Shown piece after piece: positions 12,158-24,900 of a stretch of DNA of 29,041 nt. Under the pieces are notes generated by a model that worked only from the letters and a program-made list of their open reading frames with translations, was not told the DNA's origin and searched no databases. The first letter of the stretch is position 1. Each line of letters opens with the position of its first letter. Origin of the DNA: Utricularia gibba (Eukaryota; Plantae; Magnoliophyta). The DNA is taken from the NCBI GenBank assembly GCA_002189035.1, contig NEEC01000358.1:1-29041 (forward strand), written 5' to 3'. A program made the translations under genes and the position numbers.

Positions 12158-12479
12158 GTGCCACAAATTGGCCACCACGTTCGCGACGATGCGACTCGGA
12201 AAACGAGAATCGACCCGATTGTGATTTTCGCCTTGCAAACATCTGCGTTTTATTGGATGACGTGAAGTATGGGTTTTCGAGGCGATCTCTGAACAAGCTC
12301 TGGGTGTGTCCCTACTGCAGCCTCATGGTGGCCTCGCACACCGTTCGGTATTTCGCCATATCCTGAAAACCTGTGACGTGGCCCGGCCCCGTTTTCCGTG
12401 CCGGTCAGCTTCCGTGTTGAAAGCTTCTCGTCGAGGATGCATCAAAGCTCGAATTATCGCCTTATCTTAGCCTTCAGAT
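12158..12479 (+). repeat. Degenerate monomer (322 bp), locally garbled at ~12350-12435
   Basis: CCTGAAAACCTGTGACGTGGCCCGGCCCCGTTTTCCGTG replaces the consensus GTGATGAGTCATGCTGCGCCCGGCATACCGTTTCGAACCCCTTTCCGTG. Confidence 0.85.
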
Positions 12480-13159
12480 GTGCACAAATTGGCCACCACG
12501 TTCGCGACGATGCGACTCGGAACACGAGAATCGACGCGATTGTGATTTTCGCCTTGCAAACATCTGCGTTTTATTGGATGACGTGAAGTATGGGTTTTCG
12601 AGGCGATCTCTGAACAAGCTCTGGGTGTGTCCCTACGTGCAGCCTCATGGTGGCCTCGCACACCGTTCGGTATTTCGGCCATATCCTGAAAACCGTGATG
12701 AGTCATGCTGCGCCCGCATACCGTTTCGAACCCTTTCCGTGCCGGTCAGCTTCCGTGTTGAAAGCTTCTTCGTCCGAGGAGCATCAAGCTCGAATTATCG
12801 CCTTATCTTAGCCTTCAGATGTGCCACAAATTGGCCACCACGTTCGCGACGATGCGACTCGGAAAACGAGAATCGACGCGATTGTGATTTTCGGTTTGCA
12901 AAACATGTGCGTTTTATTGGTGACGTGAAGTATGGGTTTTCGAGGCGATCTCTGAACAAGCTCTGGTGTGTCCTACGCAGCCTGGTGGCCTCGCACACCG
13001 TTCGGTATTTCGGCCATATCCTGAAAACCGTGATGAGTCATGCTGCGCCCGGCATACCGTTTCGAACCCCTTTCCGTGCCGGTCAGCTTCCGTGTTGAAA
13101 GCTTCTTCGTCCGAGGATGCATCAAGCTCGAATTATCGCCTTATCTTAGCCTTCAGATG

Positions 13160-13442
13160 TGCCACAAATTGGCCACCACGTTCGCGACGATGCGACTCGG
13201 AAACGAGAATCGACCGATTGTGATTTTCGTTGCAAACATCTGCGTTTTATTGGATGACGTGAAGTATGGGTTTTCGAGGCGATCTCTGAACAAGCTCTGG
13301 GTGTGTCCCTACTGCAGCCTCATGGTGGCCTCGCACACCGTTCGGTATATATGGTGATGAGTCGCTGCGCCCGGCAACCGTATGTGCCGTCAGCTCCGTT
13401 CGTCCGAGGCGCTCGAATTATCGCCTATCTTAGCCTTTAGAT
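13160..13442 (+). repeat. Degenerate monomer (283 bp) with many scattered small deletions in its 3' half
   Basis: 13345-13460 reads TTCGGTATATATGGTGATGAGTCGCTGCGCCCGGCAACCGTATGTGCCGTCAGCTCCGTTCGTCCGAGGCGCTCGAATT, a collinear but shrunken version of the consensus. Confidence 0.85.
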
Positions 13443-16400
13443 GTGCCAAATTGCCACCCGTTCGCGACGATGCGACTCGGAACACGAGAATCGACGCGAT
13501 TGTGATTTTCGCCTTGCAAAACATCTGCGTTTTATTGGATGACGTGAAGTATGGGTTTTCGAGGCGATCTCTGAACAAGCTCTGGGTGTGTCCCTACTGC
13601 AGCCTCATGGTGGCCTCGCACACCGTTCGGTATTTCGGCCATATCCTGAAAACCGTGATGAGTCATGCTGCGCCCGGCATACCGTTTCGAACCCCTTTCC
13701 GTGCCGGTCAGCTTCCGTGTTGAAAGCTTCTTCGTCCGAGGATGCATCAAGCTCGAATTATCGCCTTATCTTAGCCTTCAGATGTGCCACAAATTGGCCA
13801 CCACGTTCGCGACGATGCGACTCGGAAAACGAGAATCGACCCGATTGTGATTTTCGTTGCAAAACATCTGCGTTTTATTGGATGACGTGAAGTATGGGTT
13901 TTCGAGGCGATCTCTGAACAAGCTCTGGGTGTGTCCTACCGCAGCCTCATGGTGGCCTCGCACACCGTTCGGTATTTCGGCCATATCCTGAAACCGTGAT
14001 GAGTCATGCTGCGCCCGCATACCGTTTCGAACCCTTTCCGTGCCGGTCAGCTTCCGTGTTGAAAGCTTCTTCGTCCGAGGATCATCAAGCTCGAATTATC
14101 GCCTTATCTTAGCCTTCAGATGTGCCACAAATTGGCCCCACGTTCGCGACGATGCGACTCGGAAACGAGAATCGACCGATTGTGATTTTCGGTTGCAAAA
14201 CATCTGCGTTTTATTGGTGACGTGAAGTATGGGTTTTCGAGGCGATCTCTGAACAAGCTCTGGTGTGTCCTACCCGCAGCCTCATGGTGGCCTCGCACAC
14301 CGTTCGGTATTTCGGCCATATCCTGAAAACCGTGATGAGTCATGCTGCGCCCGGCATACCGTTTCGAACCCTTTCCGTGCCGGTCAGCTTCCGTGTTGAA
14401 AGCTTCTTCGTCCGAGGATGCATCAAGCTCGAATTATCGCCTTATCTTAGCCTTCAGATGTGCCACAATTGGCCACCACGTTCGCGACGATGCGACTCGG
14501 AAACGAGAATCGACCGATTGTGATTTCGCTTGCAAACATTGCGTTTTATTGGTGACGTGAAGTATGGGTTTTCGAGCGATCTCTGAACAAGCTCTGGGTG
14601 TGTCCCTACGCAGCCTCATGGTGGCCTCGCACACCGTTCGGTATTTCGGCCATATCCTGAAAACCGTGATGAGTCAAGCTGCGCCGGCATACCGTTTCGA
14701 ACCCCTTTCCGTGCCGGTCAGCTTCCGTGTTGAAAGCTTCTTCGTCCGAGGATGCATCAAGCTCGAATTATCGCCTTATCTTAGCCTTTAGATGTGCCAC
14801 AAATTGGCCACCACGTTCGCGACGATGCGACTCGGAACGAGAATCGACCGATTGTGATTTCGCTTGCAAAAATCTGCGTTTTATTGGAACGTGAAGTATG
14901 GGTTTTCGAGGCGATCTCTGAACAAGCTCTGGTGTGTCCCTACTGCAGCCTCATGGTGGCCTCGCACACCGTTCGGTATTTCGGCCATATCCTGAAAACC
15001 GTGATGAGTCATGCTGCGCCCGGCATACCGTTTCGAACCCCTTTCCGTGCCGGTCAGCTTCCGTGTTGAAAGCTTCTTCGTCCGAGGATGCATCAAAGCT
15101 CGAATTATCGCTTATCTTAGCCTTCAGATGTGCCACAAATTGGCCACCACGTTCGCGACGATGCGACTCGGAAACGAGAATCGACCGATTGTGATTTCGG
15201 TTGCAAAACATCTGCGTTTTATTGGTGACGTGAAGTATGGGTTTTCGAGGCGATCTCTGAACAAGCTCTGGGTGTGTCCCTACGCAGCCTCATGGTGGCC
15301 TCGCACACCGTTCGGTATTTCGGCCATATCCTGAAAACGTGATGAGTCAAGCTGCGCCGGCATACCGTTTCGAACCCCTTTCCGTGCCGGTCAGCTTCCG
15401 TGTTGAAAGCTTCTTCGTCCGAGGATGCATCAAAGCTCGAATTATCGCCTTATCTTAGCTTCAGATGTGCCACAAATTGGCCACCACGTTCGCGACGATG
15501 CGACTCGGAACACGAGAATCGACGCGATTGTGATTTTCGCTTGCAAAACATCTGCGTTTTTATGACGTGAAGTATGGGTTTTCGAGGCGATCTCTGAACA
15601 AGCTCTGGGTGTGTCCTACTGCAGCCTCATGGTGCCTCGCACACCGTTCGGTATTTCGGCCATATCCTGAAAACCGTGATGAGTCATGCTGCGCCCGGCA
15701 TACCGTTTCGAACCCTTTCCGTGCCGGTCAGCTTCCGTGTTGAAAGCTTCTTCGTCCGAGGATGCATCAAAGCTCGAATTATCGCCTTATCTTAGCCTTC
15801 AGATGTGCCACAAATTGGCCACCACGTTCGCGACGATGCGACTCGGAACACGAGAATCGACGCGATTGTGATTTTCGCCTTGCAAACATCTGCGTTTTAT
15901 TGGATGACGTGAAGTATGGGTTTTCGAGGCGATCTCTGAACAAGCTCTGGGTGTGTCCCTACTGCAGCCTCATGGTGGCCTCGCACACCGTTCGGTATTT
16001 CGGCCATATCCTGAAAACCGTGATGAGTCATGCTGCGCCGGCATACCGTTTCGAACCCCTTTCCGTGCCGGTCAGCTTCCGTTGAAAGCTTCTTCGTCCG
16101 AGGATCATCAAAGCTCGAATTATCGCCTTATCTTAGCCTTCAGATGTGCCACAAATTGGCCACCACGTTCGCGACGATGCGACTCGGAAAACGAGAATCG
16201 ACCCGATTGTGATTTTCGGTTGCAAAACATCTGCGTTTTATTGGTGACGTGAAGTATGGGTTTTCGAGGCGATCTCTGAAAAGCTCTGGGTGTGTCCCTA
16301 CTGCAGCCTCATGGTGGCCTCGCACACGTTCGGTATTTCGGCCATATCCTGAAAACCGTGATGAGTCATGCTGCGCCGGCATACCGTTTCGACCCCTTTC

Positions 16401-17156
16401 CGTGCCGGTCAGCTTCCGTGTTGAAAGCTTCTTCGTCCGAGGATGCATCAAAGCTCGAATTATCGCTTATCTTAGCCTTCAGATGTGCCACAAATTGGCC
16501 ACCACGTTCGCGACGATGCGACTCGGAAAACGAGAATCGACGCGATTGTGATTTTCGTTTGCAAACATCTGCGTTTTATTGGATTGAAGTATGGGTTTTC
16601 GAGGCGATCTCTGAACAAGCTCTGTGTGTCCTACCGCAGCCTCATGGTGGCCTCGCACACCGTTCGGTATTTCGGCCATATCCTGAAAACCGTGATGAGT
16701 CATGCTGCGCCCGGCATACCGTTTCGAACCCCTTTCCGTGCCGGTCAGCTTCCGTGTTGAAAGCTTCTTCGTCCGAGGATGCATCAAGCTCGAATTATCG
16801 CCTTATCTTAGCCTTCAGATGTGCCACAAATTGGCCACCACGTTCGCGACGATGCGACTCGGAAAACGAGAATCGACCGATTGTGATTTTCGAAACATCT
16901 GCGTTTTATTGGTGACGTGAAGTATGGGTTTTCGAGGCGATCTCTGAACAAGCTCTGGGTGTGTCCTACCCGCAGCCTCATGGTGGCCTCGCACACCGTT
17001 CGGTATTTCGGCCATATCCTGAAAACCGTGATGAGTCATGCTGCGCCCGGCATACCGTTTCGAACCCTTTCCGTGCCGGTCAGCTTCCGTGTTGAAAGCT
17101 TCTTCGTCCGAGGATGCATCAAAGCTCGAATTATCGCCTTATCTTAGCCTTCAGAT

Positions 17157-17477
17157 GTGCCACAAATTGGCCACACGTTCGCGACGATGCGACTCGGAAC
17201 ACGAGAATCGACGCGATTGTGATTTTCGCCTTGCAAAACATCTGCGTTTTATTGGTTGACGTGAAGTATGGGTTTTCGAGGCGATCTCTGAACAAGCTCT
17301 GGGTGTGTCCCTACTTGCCGTTCGGTATTTCGGCCATATCCTGAAAACCGTGATGAGTCAAGCTGCGCCCGGTACCGTTTCGAACCCCTTTCCGTGCCGG
17401 TCAGCTTCCGTGTTGAAAGCTTCTTCGTCCGAGGATGCATCAAAGCTCGAATTATCGCCTTATCTTAGCCTTCAGAT
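17157..17477 (+). repeat. Monomer (321 bp) with a 23-bp internal deletion
   Basis: CTACTTGC|CGTTCGG at 17318/17319; the segment AGCCTCATGGTGGCCTCGCACAC is missing. Confidence 0.85.
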
Positions 17478-17652
17478 GTGCCACAAATTGGCCACCACGT
17501 TCGCGACGATGCGACTCGGAACGTGATGAGTCGCGATGCGCCCGGCATACCGTTTCGAACCCCTTTCCGTGCCGGTCAGCTTCCGTGTTGAAAGCTTCTT
17601 CGTCCGAGGATGCATCAAAGCTCGAATTATCGCCTTATCTTAGCCTTCAGAT
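17478..17652 (+). repeat. Half-length monomer (175 bp) lacking monomer positions 46-216 (171 bp)
   Basis: The junction ...GACTCGGAAC|GTGATGAGTC... at 17522/17523 joins monomer position 45 to position 217. Confidence 0.9.
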
Positions 17653-18339
17653 GTGCCACAAATTGGCCACCACGTTCGCGACGACGATGCGACTCGGAAA
17701 ACGAGAATCGACCCGATTGTGATTTTCGGTTTGCAAAACATGTGCGTTTTATTGGTTATGTGAAGTATGGTTTTCGAGGCGATCTCTGAACAAGCTCTGG
17801 GTGTGTCCCTACGTGCAGCCTCATGGTGGCCTCGCACACCGTTCGGTATTTCGGCCATATCCTGAAAACCGTGATGAGTCAAGCTGCGCCCGGCATACCG
17901 TTTCGAACCCTTTCCGTGCCGGTCAGCTTCCGTGTTGAAAGCTTCTTCGTCCGAGGATGCATCAAAGCTCGAATTATCGCCTAATCTTAGCCTTTAGATG
18001 TGCCACAAATTGGCCACCACACGATCGCCGACGACGAAAACGAGAATCGACCCGATTGTGATTTCGGGTTGCAAAACATGTGCGTTTTATTGGGTTATGT
18101 GAAGTATGGGTTTTCGAGGCGATCTCTGAACTATCTCTGGGTGTGTCCCTACTGCAGCCTCATGGTGGCCTCGCACACCGTTCGGTATTTCGGCCATATC
18201 CTGAAAACCGTGATGAGTCAAGCTGCGCCCGGCATACCGTTTCGAACCCCTTTCCGTGCCGGTCAGCTTCCGTGTTGAAAGCTTCTTCGTCCGAGGATGC
18301 ATCAAAGCTCGAATTATCGCCTTATCTTAGCCTTCAGAT
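17653..18339 (+). repeat. Two adjacent, most substitution-divergent ('type B') monomers
   Basis: Both carry GGAAAAC/GAAAAC, GACCCG, CATGTG, TTATGTG and GAGTCAAG. The first ends in CCTAATC...CCTTTAG. The second has GAACTATCTC and a rearranged 5' segment at ~18017-18040. Confidence 0.85.
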
Positions 18340-18685
18340 GTGCCACAAATTGGCCACCACGTTCGCGACGATGCGACTCGGAACACGAGAATCGACGCGA
18401 TTGTGATTTTCGCCTTGCAAAACATCTGCGTTTTATTGGATGACGTGAAGTATGGGTTTTCGAGGCGATCTCTGAACAAGCTCTGGGTGTGTCCCTACGT
18501 GCAGCCTCATGGTGGCCTCGCACACCGTTCGGTATTTCGGCCATATCCTGAAAACCGTGATGAGTCATGCTGCGCCCGGCATACCGTTTCGAACCCTTTC
18601 CGTGCCGGTCAGCTTCCGTGTTGAAAGCTTCTTCGTCCGAGGATGCATCAAAGCTCGAATTATCGCCTTATCTTAGCCTTCAGAT

Positions 18686-18959
18686 GTGCCACAAATTGGC
18701 CACCACGTTCGCGACGATGCGACTCGGAACACGAGAATCGACGCGATTGTGATTTTCGCCTTGCAAACATCTGCGTTTTATTGGATGACGTGAAGTATGG
18801 GTTTTCGAGGCGATCTCTGAACAAGCTCTGGGTGTGTCCCTACTTGCAGCCTCATGGTGGCCTCGCACACCGTTCGGTATTTTCGGCCATATCCTGAAAA
18901 GCTTCTTCGTCCGAGGATGCATCAGAGCTCGAATTATCGCCTTATCTTAGCCTTCAGAT
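18686..18959 (+). repeat. Truncated monomer (274 bp) with a ~73-bp internal deletion
   Basis: The junction ATCCTGAAAA|GCTTCTTCG at 18900/18901 joins monomer position 214 to 288. TGAAA is present at both breakpoints. Confidence 0.9.
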
Positions 18960-21900
18960 GTGCCACAAATTGGCCACCACGTTCGCGACGATGCGACTCG
19001 GAAAACGAGAATCGACGCGATTGTGATTTTCGCTTTGCAAAACATCTGCGTTTTATTGGTGATGTGAAGTATGGGTTTTCGAGGCGATCTCTGAACAAGC
19101 TCTGGTGTGTCCCTACGTGCAGCCTCATGGTGGCCTCGCACACCGTTCGGTATTTCGGCCATATCCTGAAAACCGTGATGAGTCATGCTGCGCCCGCATA
19201 CCGTTTCGAACCCTTTCCGTGCCGGTCAGCTTCCGTGTTGAAAGCTTCTTCGTCCGAGGATGCATCAAAGCTCGAATTATCGCCTATCTTAGCCTTCAGA
19301 TGTGCCACAAATTGGCCACCACGTTCGCGACGATGCGACTCGGAAAACGAGAATCGACGATTGTGATTTTCGCTTGCAAAACATCTGCGTTTTATTGGGT
19401 GATGTGAAGTATGGGTTTTCGAGGCGATCTCTGAACAAGCTCTGGGTGTCCCTACTGCAGCCTCATGGTGGCCTCGCACACCGTTCGGTATTTCGGCCAT
19501 ATCCTGAAACCGTGATGAGTCATGCTGCGCCCGGCATACGTTTCGAACCCCTTTCCGTGCCGGTCAGCTTCCGTGTTGAAAGCTTCTTCGTCCGAGGATG
19601 CATCAAAGCTCGAATTATCGCCTTATCTTAGCCTTCAGATGTGCCACAAATTGGCCACCACGTTCGCGACGATGCGACTCGGAACACGAGAATCGACCGA
19701 TTGTGATTTTCGCCTTGCAAAACATCTGCGTTTTATTGGATGACGTGAAGTATGGGTTTTCGAGGCGATCTCTGAACAAGCTCTGGGTGTGTCCTACTGC
19801 AGCCTCATGGTGGCCTCGCACACCGTTCGGTATTTCGGCCATATCCTGAAAACCGTGATGAGTCATGCTGCGCCCGGCATACCGTTTCGAACCCCTTTCC
19901 GTGCCGGTCAGCTTCCGTGTTGAAAGCTTCTTCGTCCGAGGATGCATCAAAGCTCGAATTATCGCCTTATCTTAGCCTTCAGATGTGCCACAAATTGGCC
20001 ACCACGTTCGCGACGATGCGACTCGGAACACGAGAATCGACGCGATTGTGATTTTCGCCTTGCAAAACATCTGCGTTTTATTGGATGACGTGAAGTATGG
20101 GTTTTCGAGGCGATCTCTGAACAAGCTCTGGGTGTGTCCCTACGCAGCCTCATGGTGGCCTCGCACACCGTTCGGTATTTCGGCCATATCCTGAAAACCG
20201 TGATGAGTCATGCTGCGCCCGGCATACCGTTTCGAACCCCTTTCCGTGCCGGTCAGCTTCCGTGTTGAAAGCTTCTTCGTCCGAGGATGCATCAAGCTCG
20301 AATTATCGCCTTATCTTAGCCTTCAGATGTGCCACAAATTGGCCACCACGTTCGCGACGATGCGACTCGGAAAACGAGAATCGACGCGATTGTGATTTTC
20401 GGTTGCAAAACATCTGCGTTTTATTGGTGACGTGAAGTATGGGTTTTCGAGGCGATCTCTGAACAAGCTCTGGGTGTGTCCCTACGTGCAGCCTCATGGT
20501 GGCCTCGCACACCGTTCGGTATTTCGGCCATATCCTGAAAACCGTGATGAGTCATGCTGCGCCCGGCATACCGTTTCGAACCCCTTTCCGTGCCGGTCAG
20601 CTTCCGTGTTGAAAGCTTCTTCGTCCGAGGATGCATCAAAGCTCGAATTATCGCCTTATCTTAGCCTTCAGATGTGCCACAAATTGGCCACCACGTTCGC
20701 GACGATGCGACTCGGAACACGAGAATCGACGCGATTGTGATTTTCGCCTTGCAAAACATCTGCGTTTTATTGGATGACGTGAAGTATGGGTTTTCGAGGC
20801 GATCTCTGAACAAGCTCTGGTGTGTCCCTACGCAGCCTCATGGTGGCCTCGCACACCGTTCGGTATTTCGGCCATATCCTGAAAACCGATGAGTCATGCT
20901 GCGCCCGCATACCGTTTCGAACCCTTTCCGTGCCGGTCAGCTTCCGTGTTGAAAGCTTCTTCGTCCGAGGATGCATCAGAGCTCGAATTATCGCCTTATC
21001 TTAGCCTTCAGATGTGCCACAAATTGGCCACCACGTTCGCGACGATGCGACTCGGAAAACGAGAATCGACGCGATTGTGATTTTCGCCTTGCAAAACATC
21101 TGCGTTTTATTGGGTGACGTGAAGTATGGGTTTTCGAGGCGATCTCTGAACAAGCTCTGGGTGTGTCCCTACGCAGCCTCATGGTGGCCTCGCACACCGT
21201 TCGGTATTTCGGCCATATCCTGAAAACCGTGATGAGTCACGCTGCGCCTTACCGTTTCGAACCCCTTTCCGTGCCGGTCAGCTTCCGTGTTGAAAGCTTC
21301 TTCGTCCGAGGATGCATCAAAGCTCGAATTATCGCCTTATCTTAGCCTTCAGATGTGCCACAAATTGGCCACCACGTTCGCGACGATGCGACTCGGAACA
21401 CGAGAATCGACCGATTGTGATTTTCGGTTGCAAAACATCTGCGTTTTATTGGTGACGTGAAGTATGGGTTTTCGAGGCGATCTCTGAACAAGCTCTGGGT
21501 GTGTCCTACCTGCAGCCTCATGGTGGCCTCGCACACCGTTCGGTATTTCGGCCATATCCTGAAAACCGTGATGAGTCATGCTGCGCCCGGCATACCGTTT
21601 CGAACCCCTTTCCGTGCCGGTCAGCTTCCGTGTTGAAAGCTTCTTCGTCCGAGGATGCATCAAAGCTCGAATTATCGCCTTATCTTAGCCTTCAGATGTG
21701 CCACAAATTGGCCACCGTTCGCGACGATGCGACTCGGAAAACGAGAATCGACCGATTGTGATTTTCGGTTTTGCAAAACATGTGCGTTTTATTGGACGTG
21801 AAGTATGGGTTTTCGAGGCGATCTCTGAACAAGCTCTGGGTGTGTCCCTACTGCAGCCTCATGGTGGCCTCGCACACCGTTCGGTATTTCGGCCATATCC

Positions 21901-24900
21901 TGAAAACCGTGATGAGTCATGCTGCGCCCGGCATACCGTTTCGAACCCCTTTCCGTGCCGGTCAGCTTCCGTGTTGAAAGCTTCTTCGTCCGAGGATGCA
22001 TCAAAGCTCGAATTATCGCCTTATCTTAGCCTTCAGATGTGCCACAAATTGGCCACCACGTTCGCGACGATGCGACTCGGAACACGAGAATCGACGCGAT
22101 TGTGATTTTCGCCTTGCAAACATCTGCGTTTTATTGGATGACGTGAAGTATGGGTTTTCGAGGCGATCTCTGAACAAGCTCTGGGTGTGTCCCTACTGCA
22201 GCCTCATGGTGGCCTCGCACACCGTTCGGTATTTCGGCCATATCCTGAAAACCGTGATGAGTCATGCTGCGCCCGCATACCGTTTCGAACCCTTTCCGTG
22301 CCGGTCAGCTTCCGTGTTGAAAGCTTCTTCGTCCGAGGATGCATCAAGCTCGAATTATCGCCTTATCTTAGCCTTCAGATGTGCCACAAATTGGCCACCA
22401 CGTTCGCGACGATGCGACTCGGAAAACGAGAATCGACCGATTGTGATTTTCGCTTGCAAACATCTGCGTTTTATTGGGTGACGTGAAGTATGGGTTTTCG
22501 AGGCGATCTCTGAACAAGCTCTGGTGTGTCCCTACCCAGCCTCATGGTGGCCTCGCACACCGTTCGGTATTTCGGCCATATCCTGAAACCGTGATGAGTC
22601 ATGCTGCGCCGGCATACCGTTTCGAACCCCTTTCCGTGCCGGTCAGCTTCCGTGTTGAAAGCTTCTTCGTCCGAGGATGCATCAAAGCTCGAATTATCGC
22701 CTTATCTTAGCCTTCAGATGTGCCACAAATGGCCACCACGTTCGACGCGACTCGGAACACGAGAATCGACGCGATTGTGATTTTCGCCTTGCAAAACATC
22801 TGCGTTTTATTGGATGACGTGAAGTATGGGTTTTCGAGGCGATCTCTGAACAAGCTCTGGGTGTGTCCCTACGTGCAGCCTCATGGTGGCCTCGCACACC
22901 GTTCGGTATTTCGGCCATATCCTGAAAACCGTGATGAGTCATGCTGCGCCCGGCATACCGTTTCGAACCCCTTTCCGTGCCGGTCAGCTTCCGTGTTGAA
23001 AGCTTCTTCGTCCGAGGATGCATCAAAGCTCGAATTATCGCCTTATCTTAGCCTTCAGATGTGCCACAAATTGGCCACCACGTTCGCGACGATGCGACTC
23101 GGAAAACGAGAATCGACGCGATTGTGATTTTCGCCTTGCAAAACATCTGCGTTTTATTGGATGACGTGAAGTATGGGTTTTCGAGGCGATCTCTGAACAA
23201 GCTCTGGTGTGTCCCTACCCGCAGCCTCATGGTGGCCTCGCACACCGTTCGGTATTTCGGCCATATCCTGAAAACCGTGATGAGTCATGCTGCGCCCGGC
23301 ATACCGTTTCGAACCCTTTCCGTGCCGGTCAGTGTTGAAAGCTTCTTCGTCCGAGGATGCATCAAGCTCGAATTATCCCTTATCTTAGCCTTCAGATGTG
23401 CCACAAATTGGCCACCACGTTCGCGACGATGCGACTCGGAACACGAGAATCGACGCGATTGTGATTTTCGCCTTGCAAAACATCTGCGTTTTATTGGATG
23501 ACGTGAAGTATGGGTTTTCGAGGCGATCTCTGAACAAGCTCTGGGTGTGTCCCTACTGCAGCCTCATGGTGGCCTCGCACACCGTTCGGTATTTCGGCCA
23601 TATCCTGAAAACCGTGATGAGTCATGCTGCGCCCGGCATACCGTTTCGAACCCCTTTCCGTGCCGGTCAGCTTCCGTGTTGAAAAGCTTCTTCGTCCGAG
23701 GATGCATCAAAGCTCGAATTATCGCCTTATCTTAGCCTTCAGATGTGCCACAAATTGGCCACACGTTCGCGACGATGCGACTCGGAACACGAGAATCGAC
23801 GCGATTGTGATTTTCTTGCAAAACATCTGCGTTTTATTGGGTGACGTGAAGTATGGGTTTTCGAGGCGATCTCTGAACAAGCTCTGGGTGTGTCCCTACC
23901 GCAGCCTCATGGTGGCCTCGCACACCGTTCGGTATTTCGGCCATATCCTGAAAACCGTGATGAGTCATGCTGCGCCCGGCATACCGTTTCGAACCCCTTT
24001 CCGTGCCGGTCAGCTTCCGTGTTGAAAGCTTCTTCGTCCGAGGATGCATCAAAGCTCGAATTATCGCCTTATCTTAGCCTTCAGATGTGCCACAAATTGG
24101 CCACACGTTCGCGACGATGCGACTCGGAAAACGAGAATCGACGCGATTGTGATTTTCGGTTGCAAAACATCTGCGTTTTATTGGATGACGTGAAGTATGG
24201 GTTTTCGAGGCGATCTCTGAACAAGCTCTGGTGTGTCCCTACTGCAGCCTCATGGTGGCCTCGCGCACACCGTTCGGTATTTCGGCCATATCCTGAAAAC
24301 CGTGATGAGTCATGCTGCGCCCGGCATACCGTTTCGAACCCCTTTCCGTGCCGGTCAGCTTCCGTGTTGAAAGCTTCTTCGTCCGAGGATGCATCAAAGC
24401 TCGAATTATCGCCTTATCTTAGCCTTCAGATGTGCCACAAATTGGCCACCACGTTCGCGACGATGCGACTCGGAAAACGAGAATCGACCGATTGTGATTT
24501 TCGGTTGCAAAACATCTGCGTTTTATTGGGTGACGTGAAGTATGGGTTTTCGAGGCGATCTCTGAACAAGCTCTGGGTGTGTCCCTACTGCAGCTCATGG
24601 TGGCCTCGCACACCGTTCGGTATTTCGGCCATATCCTGAAAACCGTGATGAGTCATGCTGCGCCCGCATACCGTTTCGAACCCCTTTCCGTGCCGGTCAG
24701 CTTCCGTGTTGAAAGCTTCTTCGTCCGAGGATGCATCAAAGCTCGAATTATCGCCTTATCTTAGCCTTTAGATGTGCCACAAATTGGCCACCACGTTCGC
24801 GACGATGCGACTCGGAACACGAGAATCGACGCGATTGTGATTTTCGCCTTGCAAAACATCTGCGTTTTATTGGATGACGTGAAGTATGGGTTTTCGAGGC

